From IMG/VR virus record IMGVR_UViG_3300010885_066780: a DNA stretch of 64,000 bases; one strand, 5' to 3'. The position numbers and the translations under genes are program-made. Below, piece after piece: positions 39,614-50,622 of this stretch. The DNA comes from an uncultured virus (IMG/VR IMGVR_UViG_3300010885_066780) (taxonomy: Duplodnaviria > Heunggongvirae > Uroviricota > Caudoviricetes). The notes beneath the pieces were generated by a model. The model made no database searches, had not been told where the DNA came from, and was given only the letters and a program-made list of their open reading frames with translations. Positions within the stretch are counted from its first letter, which is position 1, and each line of letters starts with the position of its first letter.

Positions 39614-41250
39614 TGTTTAAAGCCAATCCTGATATTACAGTAAATCCCAATGCCAATGACTTGAGTAAGAACATTGAAGATGCAGCTTTGTTCTTACCCA
39701 GCATCAGTTCAATCTATGCAAAAATTGTCAGTATGGAAACCTATAGTCAAAGGACTGAACTTCCCAAAGGGTTGACAAATGGATTGAAGGAACTGCATTT
39801 CCTAGATCCCGCCAATAACCTATTCTATTACCCAGCAGCACTCTATTCAGCTGGACATGCTGATTTGAATCCCGAATCCAGTTGGTCAGTTGAGGCCATG
39901 GTTCAACAACGTGACAGAAACAGCACTGTAATAATTGGTGACTCAGGAGGATTCCAAGCTGCTAACGGAGTACTAAAATATCCTTGGCAACCCAAACCCA
40001 ATCAAACATTAGAAGATCTAAAATCAGACCAAGACGGGTTCAAACTCAAAATATTAAAGTGGTTGGAAGCAACTGCTGATTATAGCATGTTACTTGACTG
40101 GCCAACGCATAGTATGTTGCGATATGGGGTGGATCCAGTAACAGGTGAATGTCTACATCCTGGTCTAAAAACATTCGCAGATTGCTTGAATGGTAGTTTG
40201 GAAAATCACAAGTTTTTTGCCAAACACCGAACACCTGGTAAGACCAAGTTCCTAAACGTGCTACAGGGACGCAACCAAGAAGAGAATGACATTTGGTGGG
40301 AAGCTGTCAAAGACTTGCCTTTTGAAGGTTGGGCTTTGGGTGGTGCACAAGTAATGAACAATGCTATCAGTCTAAGACGATTGATTAGAATGCGTGATAC
40401 TGGTTACTTGCAGGGACGTGAATGGATCCACTATCTGGGTATTGGTAAAATTAAAACCGCTTGTTATTTGACTACCATACAAAGAAGTCTGAGGAAATAT
40501 GTTGATCCCGAATTGACTGTCAGTTTTGATGCATCAAGTCCATTCGTGTCTACTGCCATGGGAAAGGCCTACTATGGTTGGTTTTTAACTCATGAAAGAA
40601 ATGGGTTTACTTTGGATAACATGCCTGATGCCAAGGAATTGAAAAACAATCCCATGTTATTGAATGATTGGTTGCAGGATAAAACAGCTAATTTCAAACC
40701 CAGCACAATTGGTAGTAGGATTAACTTGGGTGATATTTGTGTTCGTGGATATGAAGATTTGGAATACAAATTGATTCCTTGGTCCAAAAAAGAACAGGCA
40801 ACTGATCATTATAAAAACAGTCCAGAAGCACGAGCCAATGACCAATTCAAATGGACACGTGCCTACAAAGAATATATTACTCATCATCCTGAACAGGGCG
40901 GATTGTTTGATTGGGGCACTGTGGATTTTTCTGATCCCACTAAAAAATATCAAACTAAATGGCCTAGTAGTTTGGATGGATTTAGCTATTTGTTGATCAT
41001 GAACCACAATCTGGAACTGCATATCAATTCCATGCGCGCCGCTACTGAAGCACAGGATCTGCCGATTGAACAAGCAAGTCAGTTACTGACCTCTGATTTG
41101 TTGGAATTCAAGGATTTATGTCCCGATATTTTTACAAGTGAACGTCCCATGGATTTGATTGCAAAACATGAAAAATTGTTGCAGAGTTTGGGAGGTCGTG
41201 ACATGGAAAGCACGACAGTGAAGAACGTGGAAGATATTTTTTATGAATGA
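39613..41250 (+). CDS. TGT-family transglycosylase (DpdA-like)
   Basis: 'GDSGGFQ', 'LDWP', 'VLQG', 'WALGG', 'HYLG', 'SFDAS' in TGT order; no CxCxxC zinc site. Confidence 0.8.
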   Translation: MFKANPDITVNPNANDLSKNIEDAALFLPSISSIYAKIVSMETYSQRTELPKGLTNGLKELHFLDPANNLFYYPAALYSAGHADLNPESSWSVEAMVQQRDRNSTVIIGDSGGFQAANGVLKYPWQPKPNQTLEDLKSDQDGFKLKILKWLEATADYSMLLDWPTHSMLRYGVDPVTGECLHPGLKTFADCLNGSLENHKFFAKHRTPGKTKFLNVLQGRNQEENDIWWEAVKDLPFEGWALGGAQVMNNAISLRRLIRMRDTGYLQGREWIHYLGIGKIKTACYLTTIQRSLRKYVDPELTVSFDASSPFVSTAMGKAYYGWFLTHERNGFTLDNMPDAKELKNNPMLLNDWLQDKTANFKPSTIGSRINLGDICVRGYEDLEYKLIPWSKKEQATDHYKNSPEARANDQFKWTRAYKEYITHHPEQGGLFDWGTVDFSDPTKKYQTKWPSSLDGFSYLLIMNHNLELHINSMRAATEAQDLPIEQASQLLTSDLLEFKDLCPDIFTSERPMDLIAKHEKLLQSLGGRDMESTTVKNVEDIFYE

Positions 41251-41503
41251 AAATAATAAGAAGTTATACATGAGAGATTTTTCTTCTAGTATGGCAAAAA
41301 ATATCACCAATCATTTTTCAGAAAATTATGATGCTAGAATAGATAATGAATTATTTTCATTGGTTGCTATAATGGGGATTTCATTAAATTATAAAGTAGA
41401 ACCATATTGGCGGAAATACCACAATGCTGCATTGTATTCAATGGGTGTGGTGATTTTTGATTCTGAAGAAGACAAATTGGAATTCCTATTGACATTCGGA
41501 TGA
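41243..41503 (+). CDS. EDKLEF-family short protein
   Basis: Ends IFDSEEDKLEFLLTFG. Confidence 0.8.
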   Translation: MNENNKKLYMRDFSSSMAKNITNHFSENYDARIDNELFSLVAIMGISLNYKVEPYWRKYHNAALYSMGVVIFDSEEDKLEFLLTFG

Positions 41504-41507
41504 TCAA

Positions 41508-41840
41508 ATGACTGCAATAAAGACAGAACGTCCCCAACCTATTGATATGTGGGAGTTACCTAATGTTTACAATACAAATTGCTGCCTTCAAATACGGTAT
41601 CAATGCGACATAGATGACGATATCGATGTTTTTTCTTCCTGTGGTTTGAAATTGCATAGCGCATATAAAAATTTTAAAAAAAGATTTAAAGATCAAAGAA
41701 CTTTTGACAAATCTTTGAATGATGTGTTAGAGATTGAATGGCGCGCAAAAATATTTTTTCATTCAGATGATTCAGATTTACAGTATTTGCTATTTGAAAC
41801 ACCAGAAGATAAACTAGATTTTGTCATGACTTTTGGATAA
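41508..41840 (+). CDS. EDKLEF-family short protein
   Basis: Ends LFETPEDKLDFVMTFG. Confidence 0.8.
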   Translation: MTAIKTERPQPIDMWELPNVYNTNCCLQIRYQCDIDDDIDVFSSCGLKLHSAYKNFKKRFKDQRTFDKSLNDVLEIEWRAKIFFHSDDSDLQYLLFETPEDKLDFVMTFG

Positions 41841-41848
41841 ATATATTT

Positions 41849-42538
41849 ATGAAAACATTACATGAATATATAAGAGAAATTGAAATCAATTTAAATATTC
41901 CTGCTGCAAGCAATGCTAAACTATTGAAAAAAATAAAACCTCGAGATTGGTCAGAATCTACTCTAACAGTTTATTTTAAGGAAAATGAAACAGAATGCTT
42001 GTATATTGTGGTAGATTCAAGGTTTGGAGTATCTGACCCAATTGGATTTTTAGGTTTCGAGAAGGTCGGTGATAAAATGTTGTGTGCAAGAAATGCTGCT
42101 GTAAAACCAAATTTTCAAAAGCGTGGGATTTTGAGTGAGTTGATGTTGTTCGTGAAAAAAACTACCGGTTTTGAAATAATAAGTGATACCATAATGTCTG
42201 ATGCCGGCATTGCATTGTGGAAAAGTTTGAGTAGATCCCCCTTCTTTTCAATGAAAATAGTTGATGTGAAAAATAACATAAAATTTGATTTTTCTGATAT
42301 TGGTAGTGAATTACCAGATGGTGATATTGCCATTGATCCCAAAGATGATAATAAAAATGAAAAATTCTATGAGGTTGGAAATCCTAATGGACAACGGTTT
42401 TTCTATATATTGGAATCAGCTGACAAATTCAATATGATGGTAGAAACAACATCATATGCATATGGTTATTTGATGCGCAGTAGAGAACCACATGGGTTAT
42501 TAAGTCCACATGGGTATTTTGAAACAGGTGATCTCTAG
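41849..42538 (+). CDS. GNAT-like putative virion internal protein
   Basis: MKTLHEYIRE leader (compare T4 capsid-targeting MKTYQEFIAE); 'VKPNFQKRGILSEL...SD..MS..G..LW'. Confidence 0.55.
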   Translation: MKTLHEYIREIEINLNIPAASNAKLLKKIKPRDWSESTLTVYFKENETECLYIVVDSRFGVSDPIGFLGFEKVGDKMLCARNAAVKPNFQKRGILSELMLFVKKTTGFEIISDTIMSDAGIALWKSLSRSPFFSMKIVDVKNNIKFDFSDIGSELPDGDIAIDPKDDNKNEKFYEVGNPNGQRFFYILESADKFNMMVETTSYAYGYLMRSREPHGLLSPHGYFETGDL

Positions 42539-45173
42539 TTGTTTGAACTTGAATGGAAAAATTGTTTATTGATCGGAACTTTGAAAAATGATCAATATGA
42601 TTTGATTGATAGTTATTTGAATTTTTGTACTAATTGGCGGAAATTAAAACAAGTGAATCTTTCATTGAAAATATTTCTGAGAAATGAATTTGGTGCAGAA
42701 ATAGTTTTTCATGAAAATCACATATTTCTTGAATTCCCCTCAGAAGAAATTAGAATGGAATTCCTATTGACTTATTCATGAGAATTTGATATGAGACACA
42801 AATTGATACAAATATACACTTTTTTGAGTACCCGGTGAAACCAACCCCAATCTGGCAGAATTATTTGGACTCAGTTTTTCAGAGAAAATTAACTTACACT
42901 GAATATTTAGAATATACATATTACCCAGATTACCCTAGGGTGCTTCAGTCTTTAGAAAAAATCGGTGCGAAAAAACACAATTGGTATATTGAATTTGACA
43001 CAGATGAAGACAAGTTGGAATTCCAGTTGACCTATGGATAATCAACCAGATACAAACTGCAAACTTCTTTTGTATGAAAATAACGGGGCAATACCAGCAT
43101 GGAAAACGGTTCTCACCCAATTCAAACCCTTGTTGGGTAATACAGAGCTCATCAACTCGAAATATGAAAAACTATTGTCTGATTTTAATTGTATCCGAGA
43201 CCGAGACTACTTGATTTTTGACACCTTAGAAGATAAATTGGAATTTATAATGACATATTCATAGGTGGATTGGTGCTCATGCATAAAATACAAGTCAATG
43301 AAGAATCCAGCATGTGGAAAAATTTTGAAAAAGCTGTTGAGCAATTCAGTTTTCCATATAGATACGCCTATCAACAATTTTTGCAACAATTATATGCAGA
43401 TGCCAAAATTACCGAATGGTTTGAAGAAGATGAATTTGTTTTTGCAGTTTTTGAATTTATATCAGCTGAAGATTTATTTGAATTTAAAATGAAGTTTAGT
43501 TGATGGTACAAAACACCGAATACAACAATAGGCTGTCATTACTGTCAGAAGATAGATCTGACTGGGCGACGTATTGGATAAATTTCGTTGACAAATTCAA
43601 AGACCAGATAGATTTTAAAACATCTCTAAGTATGCAAGATAGATACAATCCGATTCTACAGGAATACAACGCTAAATTAAATTTGGGATCAATTGAATTT
43701 GAAATAGCAGAAGACAAACTGGAGTTCATGTTAACTTATGGATAAATCAGTGGTATATAATAAACGTACTTGGTTAGAAATCACGTATCTGAGCGGCACT
43801 TCTATGATCGCCTATTATACTGACATTTTTAGGAATTTTTTAATATCGATTGCAGAAACCCATGATTTTTATTCATCAGAATTTTATGATTATTTAAAAG
43901 ATAAATGGAATGCAACCGTCTATGAATCTCCGGATGATTGGAGTTCAAGCTATATTATATTTGAAACAGCAGAAGACAAACTGGAGTTCATGTTAACTTA
44001 TGGATAATCTCTATATGAATCACGACAGAATACATATGATTTATATCATGGATAATGACTCTATTTTTCAGAATGAACGATTGTGGGAACATTTTTGTGA
44101 GAAGGCAGATGCTTTTGATGAATGTGGATTTTATCATGCTCCAAAATATTGGCGAAATTGTCACAATGCCTTAATATTTTATAATGATGATAATGACGGA
44201 GTACTGATATTTGATACAGCAGAAGACAAGTTGGAGTTCATGTTGACTTATGGATAATATTTTGGTTGTACAAGGTGACGATTATTTGTGGCTTCACATA
44301 TGGCAAAATGCCATCAAAGTCATTAACATGAAAAATCCGCGCTCTTGGACAGGTGAAAATAGAATCATTGAATACAATAATTTTTTGTTGGATTATAATG
44401 CAGAATTTATAACTGCTGTTAATCAGCGCTGGTATGTCAAATTTAAAACAGTGGAAGACAAATTGGAGTTCATTTTGACTTATGGATAAACCAACATTAC
44501 AAAGAATAGAAAATAATAATTGGACAAGAATTTGGACAAGATTTGTAATGGCACTTCGAGAAGAAAGTCCCCATCAAACGGGTGAAGACATGTGCGAAAC
44601 ATATAACTTGTTTTTGAAACCATATAATGCTAGAATAGAAAACATGTTTTCAATGTCAATTGAGTTTGATTCTGAAGCTGACAAGTTGGAATTTCAATTG
44701 GTATTCGGATGAAAAAGAAAAAATTGCAAATTATGTCATATGGATACCAAAGAGGACCACTACCAGCTTGTTGGGTGAATGTCATTGAACCCATATATCA
44801 GGCTAACTCAAATTCACCCGACGAATACTTTGCTGCAATAGATAAAAAATTAAAGGAATATAATGCCATTAGAGTCGGGTTCACCCTTGAGTTTGATTCG
44901 GAAGCCGATAAACTGGAGTTTCAAGTAACTTGGGGATAACGAGTGACTGATTTGAAATTGCAGATATCAGATGATGATGGCTATAGTGCAGGCGCTCAAT
45001 GCTGGCTCCCCCTCTATCAAAAATTTCTAAAATGTCATTTTGGTAATAGAAGTATAACTAGTATCTTGTATGAAAAATTCAACGCCACTCTCACGCGTGG
45101 TATTGACAATTATTGGTATTTGATATTTGAAACACCAGAAGACAAACTGGAATTCATCTTGACTTATTCTTGA
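42539..45173 (+). repeat. Tandem array A of 11 EDKLEF-family ORFs (track starts 42539, 42835, 43034, 43270, 43500, 43738, 44000, 44250, 44482, 44709, 44943)
   Basis: Each ORF ends in the conserved motif; ~230-270 bp period; 40-bp identical repeat at 43706-43745 and 43968-44007. Confidence 0.9.
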
Positions 45174-45233
45174 CTTCAACTGTTAATTGTAAATCACAAT
45201 ATATATCAGGCGGTTGATTAAAACTTAACCAAT

Positions 45234-45668
45234 CTATTCCCGATTCAATAGATTTTCTAGTACGACAGCTTCCCGTCGGTCGATCATATCAGTTAAGAAA
45301 TCAATTATTTCTTCCCGTGATTCCAATGAATTAATCTGGTGCAAAATCGATCTGGCTGCACGGACATATGTACGCTGTCTATAAACAGGCTCAGCTATTT
45401 TGGCATCAATGTGATTTATAAAAATAGAACAAAGCGTATTAGCAGCTTGACTGGGTTTACCAAACCAATTGACTGAACCGTCAGTACCAATTGTCAAAAT
45501 TTTTGCACCAGACTGACTATTGATCTGTATGGCGTTGGCTTGAAAATTAGTGTCACGAATAGTTAAGTAGGTTGGTGATGCTATAGTGGCTGCATGGAAA
45601 GAGCCCGTTGTCAAACTCAAGTTGGCAGTGATATTACCAGAATTGATTGACAACGGGTTTGCAGTCAT
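45234..45668 (-). CDS. Hypothetical protein
   Basis: Coupled to the folE stop codon. Confidence 0.65.
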   Translation of the reverse strand: MTANPLSINSGNITANLSLTTGSFHAATIASPTYLTIRDTNFQANAIQINSQSGAKILTIGTDGSVNWFGKPSQAANTLCSIFINHIDAKIAEPVYRQRTYVRAARSILHQINSLESREEIIDFLTDMIDRREAVVLENLLNRE

Positions 45669-46354
45669 TATGATTTCCTTGATAAGGCTAGACTCATAAA
45701 TTCAGCTCTCAGAGCAGCATCAGCTTTGAATGGTGGACCAAGTTTGCTCGTTATTGTATAGGGATTAGTATCTTCTACTCCTCGAGAACATACACACATA
45801 TGTTTGGCTTCAACTACGACTGCCACTGCATCAGTTTCGAGAATATAACTTAATGCATGATAAATCTGTGCAGTGAGTCTTTCTTGTATTTGTGGGCGGC
45901 GGCTGAAATATTCAACAATGCGTGGAATTTTGCTTAAGCCTAAAATTTTATTTTTTGGAATATAAGCTACTGTTGCAGTTCCTATCACCCCAGATTGATG
46001 ATGCTCACATTGACTTATAAGGGTAATTTCCTTCTCGACCACCATCTCATCGTATTCCATTTCATTTTTTACGGTGGTACATTTGGGAAAATGGTCTTCT
46101 TGCAGTCCATAGAATGATTCCAACACTAACATTTTTGCAATCCGATTTGGAGTTTCTGCAAGACTGTCATTGGAAAGATCCATACCAATAGTTTTGTAAA
46201 CTGTGGTCATTGCGTCTTGAATAATATCAATTTTAACTTTGGGTTCAACTTCTAACATGCTAGGTATCACAGGGGTTTCAACCCCTTGTGATATCAGATA
46301 TTTGCGAACCTCTTTTCCTAGTTTGGGGTCAGTTTTTGTTTTGTCGTAACTCAA
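45668..46354 (-). CDS. folE: GTP cyclohydrolase I
   Basis: 'ETPNRIAK', 'CEHH', 'GLSKIPR.V..FSRRPQIQERLT.QI', 'H.C...RGV'. Confidence 0.93.
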   Translation of the reverse strand: MSYDKTKTDPKLGKEVRKYLISQGVETPVIPSMLEVEPKVKIDIIQDAMTTVYKTIGMDLSNDSLAETPNRIAKMLVLESFYGLQEDHFPKCTTVKNEMEYDEMVVEKEITLISQCEHHQSGVIGTATVAYIPKNKILGLSKIPRIVEYFSRRPQIQERLTAQIYHALSYILETDAVAVVVEAKHMCVCSRGVEDTNPYTITSKLGPPFKADAALRAEFMSLALSRKS

Positions 46355-46364
46355 TTCATTCTCC

Positions 46365-47267
46365 TTAATATATTTGAGTTTTATTCATATAAGTGGGTTT
46401 GGTATTTTTCCATGATGTACCAAATTGATAACGTCTATTTGAGTTAGCTTCAATATCAGCATCAGTTCTATATTTGCCTTTTACTTCACCCTCAAAGATA
46501 ATACGCTTTCCTTTTGGTTTATTAGTTCTACCATACACCAGAGTATACCCGGATGCTTCGAGCTTCTCAATTTCTACTTTGGACAAAAATTTCTCTTCAC
46601 CGTCTATAATGACCCATTTACTTCCTTTGACCGCAGATTTTCCAAACATACCATTAACTTCACCAATTCTTGCTTTGTCTCGACGAGCACCCTGTCGACA
46701 GGGTATTTCAGAATTTATACTAATGTTTTCTTCACCATATATTGATTTGTTTAATGATACTTCAGATTCACTAATGGAAAAATGTTCTTTCAACAAGTAA
46801 TTATAAATGGTAATTCTATCTTGTATGACATTAATATTTGATTTTGGCTTCTGCGGAGATTGTTCGGTCTGTTCTTTTCTTTCACCAGAACCCCAAGTAG
46901 TTAATCTAATATTTGTGAGTCCATATTTTACTTTTAGTTCATTTGCCAATTCTTCTTCCATATTTAAAGCCACTTCTTCAATCAAACCATCCCACAATTT
47001 CATTATAATGGGTGTTTGACCAATGGCTAAAATATTTCTTATGGTGCTAATTTTATGAAGATTATATTGTTTGCTATTTGGTCTTCGGGCTTCTTTTAAA
47101 TGATCATACATGCGATCTTCCTTGCCTTTTCCAATATAAAATGGTTTATACAGAAAAGTAATATCTTTGCTGAAATATCGGCCTGGAGCTCGAGGATCCA
47201 AACAGGCATATACATAAAATTCGGGAACAAGTGATAATTTGGTCGTGGATTTATTTATTGGTTGCAT
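46365..47267 (-). CDS. Free-standing GIY-YIG-like homing endonuclease
   Basis: 'FYVYACLDPR...PFYIGKG...R...H', 'E..L....GLTN', NUMOD-like 'NGMFGK'. Confidence 0.8.
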   Translation of the reverse strand: MQPINKSTTKLSLVPEFYVYACLDPRAPGRYFSKDITFLYKPFYIGKGKEDRMYDHLKEARRPNSKQYNLHKISTIRNILAIGQTPIIMKLWDGLIEEVALNMEEELANELKVKYGLTNIRLTTWGSGERKEQTEQSPQKPKSNINVIQDRITIYNYLLKEHFSISESEVSLNKSIYGEENISINSEIPCRQGARRDKARIGEVNGMFGKSAVKGSKWVIIDGEEKFLSKVEIEKLEASGYTLVYGRTNKPKGKRIIFEGEVKGKYRTDADIEANSNRRYQFGTSWKNTKPTYMNKTQIY

Positions 47268-47390
47268 AAGTTCTTTCCTCCTTACGTTGATAAATTATGC
47301 GCCAAAGACATTCATACTTTGGCAACACTATTTATCTTGTATTTCGGAAGGCTAAAAATTATTTGAAATTATTTTATTATGTGATGTTTA

Positions 47391-48143
47391 TTATTCAAAA
47401 CCTTTTCCAAATGTCATTTTTGGAGGAACATTGCCTAAATTACGTATTTGAATATTGAATTCTAAATGCTCAGCTTCAGTGATAGGAGGTTGAATCTTGG
47501 ATTGAAAAATATAAAACCATTTTTGTCCGGTTTTTGGCTTTTGAAACCAATAATAATTACTTAAATTATCATCTTTTGGATCAACCACAAATACACCGTT
47601 GTGGATTGTGTTTGCTGTGTGCAAAGGATAGGTGTTCAATGTGGGACCATGAAAAATGCCTGTTTGATTAGGACACATTTTAAATAATTTCTCCCAAGTT
47701 TTTAATCCAGAAGTTGACATATGTACATCACTTATCATCGTTTGATTTTCTGCGTTTGCAATAAATAAGTTTAATTCAGAAATAAGTCCTTTGTTTCTGT
47801 GTTCCGGAATACAATAAGAATTCTTTCTTAATAATGGCAACCCATCTTTATAATTAAAACCGATATAACAGACTGGAGTTGTTAAACCCAAATTGGCATC
47901 AATTAAACCATAAAATAAATTGCTGTTATTGAAAAACATTCTATAAATATCTAGTATACCGATAATTGTTGATAGAGTACCAATTTTTGTAGCCGGGGTA
48001 AAATCATGATTTGGGATGACGAAATCATTTAATAATTTAAATTCATTTAAATTTATTGGTCTTTCAATGGCAGTTAATAAAGATAAATCCTTCGAAAGAT
48101 CGATGTTTTTTGTGGAGTTGTTTATTATTTCAAAATATCTCAT
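47391..48143 (-). CDS. GNAT-like protein, paralog of 41849..42538
   Basis: 'PEHRNKGLISEL', 'ISDVHMS.SG...W', 'DPKDDN'. Confidence 0.55.
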   Translation of the reverse strand: MRYFEIINNSTKNIDLSKDLSLLTAIERPINLNEFKLLNDFVIPNHDFTPATKIGTLSTIIGILDIYRMFFNNSNLFYGLIDANLGLTTPVCYIGFNYKDGLPLLRKNSYCIPEHRNKGLISELNLFIANAENQTMISDVHMSTSGLKTWEKLFKMCPNQTGIFHGPTLNTYPLHTANTIHNGVFVVDPKDDNLSNYYWFQKPKTGQKWFYIFQSKIQPPITEAEHLEFNIQIRNLGNVPPKMTFGKGFE

Positions 48144-48145
48144 AA

Positions 48146-48604
48146 TTATTCATCACCTTTGCCAAAATAAGCAGCCGGAAACATGGGTCCTAGATTGCGA
48201 CTATTTGAATTATATAGAAAATGATCTAATTCACTCTCCAATTTTAAACCAGTTTCTTCATCAAAAAATTCATGTTGTTGGATAAAATAAAACAATTCTG
48301 ACAACAAACCACTGCTGGTATATTGTGAATCACACCATTTGGAAACTGGGATCAGTTTATTCAAATTCAATTGGAATTCTGCATAACAGACTGTTTGGTT
48401 GAGACTATTAACCAATCTATAGTTGACTGTTTCATTGACAGTTCTATGAACTTCTTGTATTCCACACAAACTATTGACTTTTCCGATCAATGTGTTCGTA
48501 GGTTTATTTTTCTGAGCCCATTCAAGACTGAGATCCATCTGGCATACGGTGTCTGACCACTCAAGAACAGGTTCAAATTTAATTTCATGATGTTGGTATG
48601 CCAT
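48146..48604 (-). CDS. Shortened GNAT-like paralog
   Basis: 'SGLLSELFYFI', terminal 'YFGKGDE'; TAAATA upstream. Confidence 0.45.
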   Translation of the reverse strand: MAYQHHEIKFEPVLEWSDTVCQMDLSLEWAQKNKPTNTLIGKVNSLCGIQEVHRTVNETVNYRLVNSLNQTVCYAEFQLNLNKLIPVSKWCDSQYTSSGLLSELFYFIQQHEFFDEETGLKLESELDHFLYNSNSRNLGPMFPAAYFGKGDE

Positions 48605-48626
48605 TCTACTATTTATGTAAATTCAA

Positions 48627-49004
48627 TTGGTGTTGACACCATCCAAGAAAATCAGCATAATGCTCCAGCAAAAGGAGACAGCCATGAGCTTGGAAATTCA
48701 CGACGTGGAATGGGTTCGAGATTCAGAAAATGATGTGGTAGTCAACATCTCATATCATTTCATGCCTGGACTAGCAGCACAAACATCGGGCCCACCTGAG
48801 GCCTGTTGGCCAGCTGAACCTGCTGAAGTTGACATTATCAGAGTCTGGGATGACACTTGTTCTGACATTGAATTAACTGATGAAGAACTACACACAGCTC
48901 AACTCCATATCCTAGAGAACCATCAGGAAGACGACCGGGATTGGGACCGAATTCGGGAAGACCGTTGGGAGAGAAGCCGTTTGAGTGTAGAGTACAGTGA
49001 CTGA
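48627..49004 (+). CDS. Hypothetical protein
   Basis: 'GPPEACWPAEPAEV'; TTGACA-N17-CATAAT promoter and AAGGAG SD suggest the start is MSLEI. Confidence 0.65.
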   Translation: MVLTPSKKISIMLQQKETAMSLEIHDVEWVRDSENDVVVNISYHFMPGLAAQTSGPPEACWPAEPAEVDIIRVWDDTCSDIELTDEELHTAQLHILENHQEDDRDWDRIREDRWERSRLSVEYSD

Positions 49005-49197
49005 GTGTTACTACTTGTCCATGACGCATCAAGCTGCGGAAAATTTGTGAATGTCAATTAACTCCATTGATGATTATTTGTTGTATTTGAATATCTATGA
49101 TGAACTCCTTGCCAAATTCCGAATGGTAGAATGGTGAGAATATCTTTATTTTGAAACGCCTGAAGATCGCTTGGAGTTTATTTTGACTTATGGATAA
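48997..49197 (+). pseudogene. EDKLEF-family member with two in-frame TGA codons
   Basis: One frame from GTG 48997 to ...FETPEDRLEFILTYG with TGA at 49048 and 49135. Confidence 0.7.
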
Positions 49198-50621
49198 TCA
49201 GTTCATTTATTTGGAGAGTGATTCACGCCCTGCTTTGAAATGGTTACAGCTCCATCAAAGAACTTGGCCCGGACCAGAACATTCATTGTCCAATTTCAAT
49301 GCGATACTGGTGAGTAGGTTTATTCGATTTGATTCTGAAGCCGATAAATTGGAGTTTATATTGACTTATGGATGATATTAAGTTGCATTGTTTATCCGAC
49401 CCAGTTCAAAATTGGGCAAATGCATGTTTGCTCGCGGGGATCCACGGTGAACATTTGTTGGATGAATTCCACGCATTTTATCGTCACGAAGACGGAGTTG
49501 GATACATTGCTTTTGAAACAGCTGAAGATCGCTTGGAGTTCATTTTGACTTATGGATAAAGAAGAAATTTCATTGTTTTTATATTTGTATGGCACAGGCA
49601 GAATTCTGGTGTGGAACAACTTTATCATCGCCATCACTGGAAATGAAGATGCTTTCCTTTTGCAATATGATAAAATATGCCTTGCTTTAGAAAAGTTTGG
49701 TGCTAGGTTATCAGATGCAAACTTCAATTCAGAAACGCGTTTGATTTTTGAATCAGAAGATGACAAACTAGAGTTTATGATATCATATGGATAAAACACT
49801 TATTGTATTAGGTACGTATTCTCCGATTGTAGAAAATTGGGTTACACATAATATAAAAAACTGGCGAGATCAAGAAAAATTGAAAGCACACCGGCTTGAC
49901 AATTTTAATGCTCGACTAGAAGGCAGTTTTATAGTATTTGCTTCTCAATCTGACAAGCTGGAGTTCATGTTGACTTATGGATGATCTTTTGTCTATTGAT
50001 TTATATCCGGTCCCTCCTGACTGGAACAATGCCTGGAACAACTGGCTTAAAGACAACACCAACGCCAATGATAGGTTTGGTACTGAAAGATTGCGAGAAG
50101 ACTGGGGAGCAAATTTGAATTACAGAACAGGATGTTTGGAATTTGTCGATCTAGAACATAGAATGGAATGGTTGATTGCATGGAGTTAACTGCTTTGGAT
50201 CCAAAACTTGTTCTACAAGTCTATGACGATAATCGCATATTACCTGCCTGGGATAATTTCATGTCAGCTAGACAAGAACTTGAACCATATCATATGAAAT
50301 ATGTTCATCGTCGGGATCTAGAAACGGATGCTACTTGCTCACTAGTGGTTTTTGAAACTGAAGCTGATAAACTGGAATTTTTGATGACATGGAGTTGAAA
50401 TGTCAGACATTGATCGACTTAAGTTAACGTTGTATGGATATGGTTTTGCCAACCATGAAGCTATTGCTGTTTGGCGAAATTTTGCAAATCATAGTTATTT
50501 CAATGACAATAGCCCCTATTGCGAGCTTGCGCAATATAATGCTAGGTTTACCGACTCTTATTCAGAGTTGATTTTTGATTCCGAAGACGATAAACTGGAA
50601 TTTTTGTTGACGTGGAGTTAA
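49190..50621 (+). repeat. Tandem array B of 7 intact EDKLEF-family ORFs (49190, 49368, 49552, 49787, 49977, 50168, 50400)
   Basis: Conserved C-termini; ATGGAT(A/G)A start/stop overlaps. Confidence 0.9.
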
Positions 50622-50622
50622 G

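Noticed and set aside
39613..41250. Canonical tRNA-guanine transglycosylase (tgt)
   Set aside because: Lacks the CxCxxC zinc motif and is much longer, so no gene symbol was assigned
42539..45173. CRISPR array
   Set aside because: Repeats are degenerate and protein-coding, spacers are ~200-bp ORF bodies, and no cas genes are present
48997..49197. TGA recoding (alternative genetic code)
   Set aside because: Conserved genes are intact in code 11 and many end at TGA at the expected position
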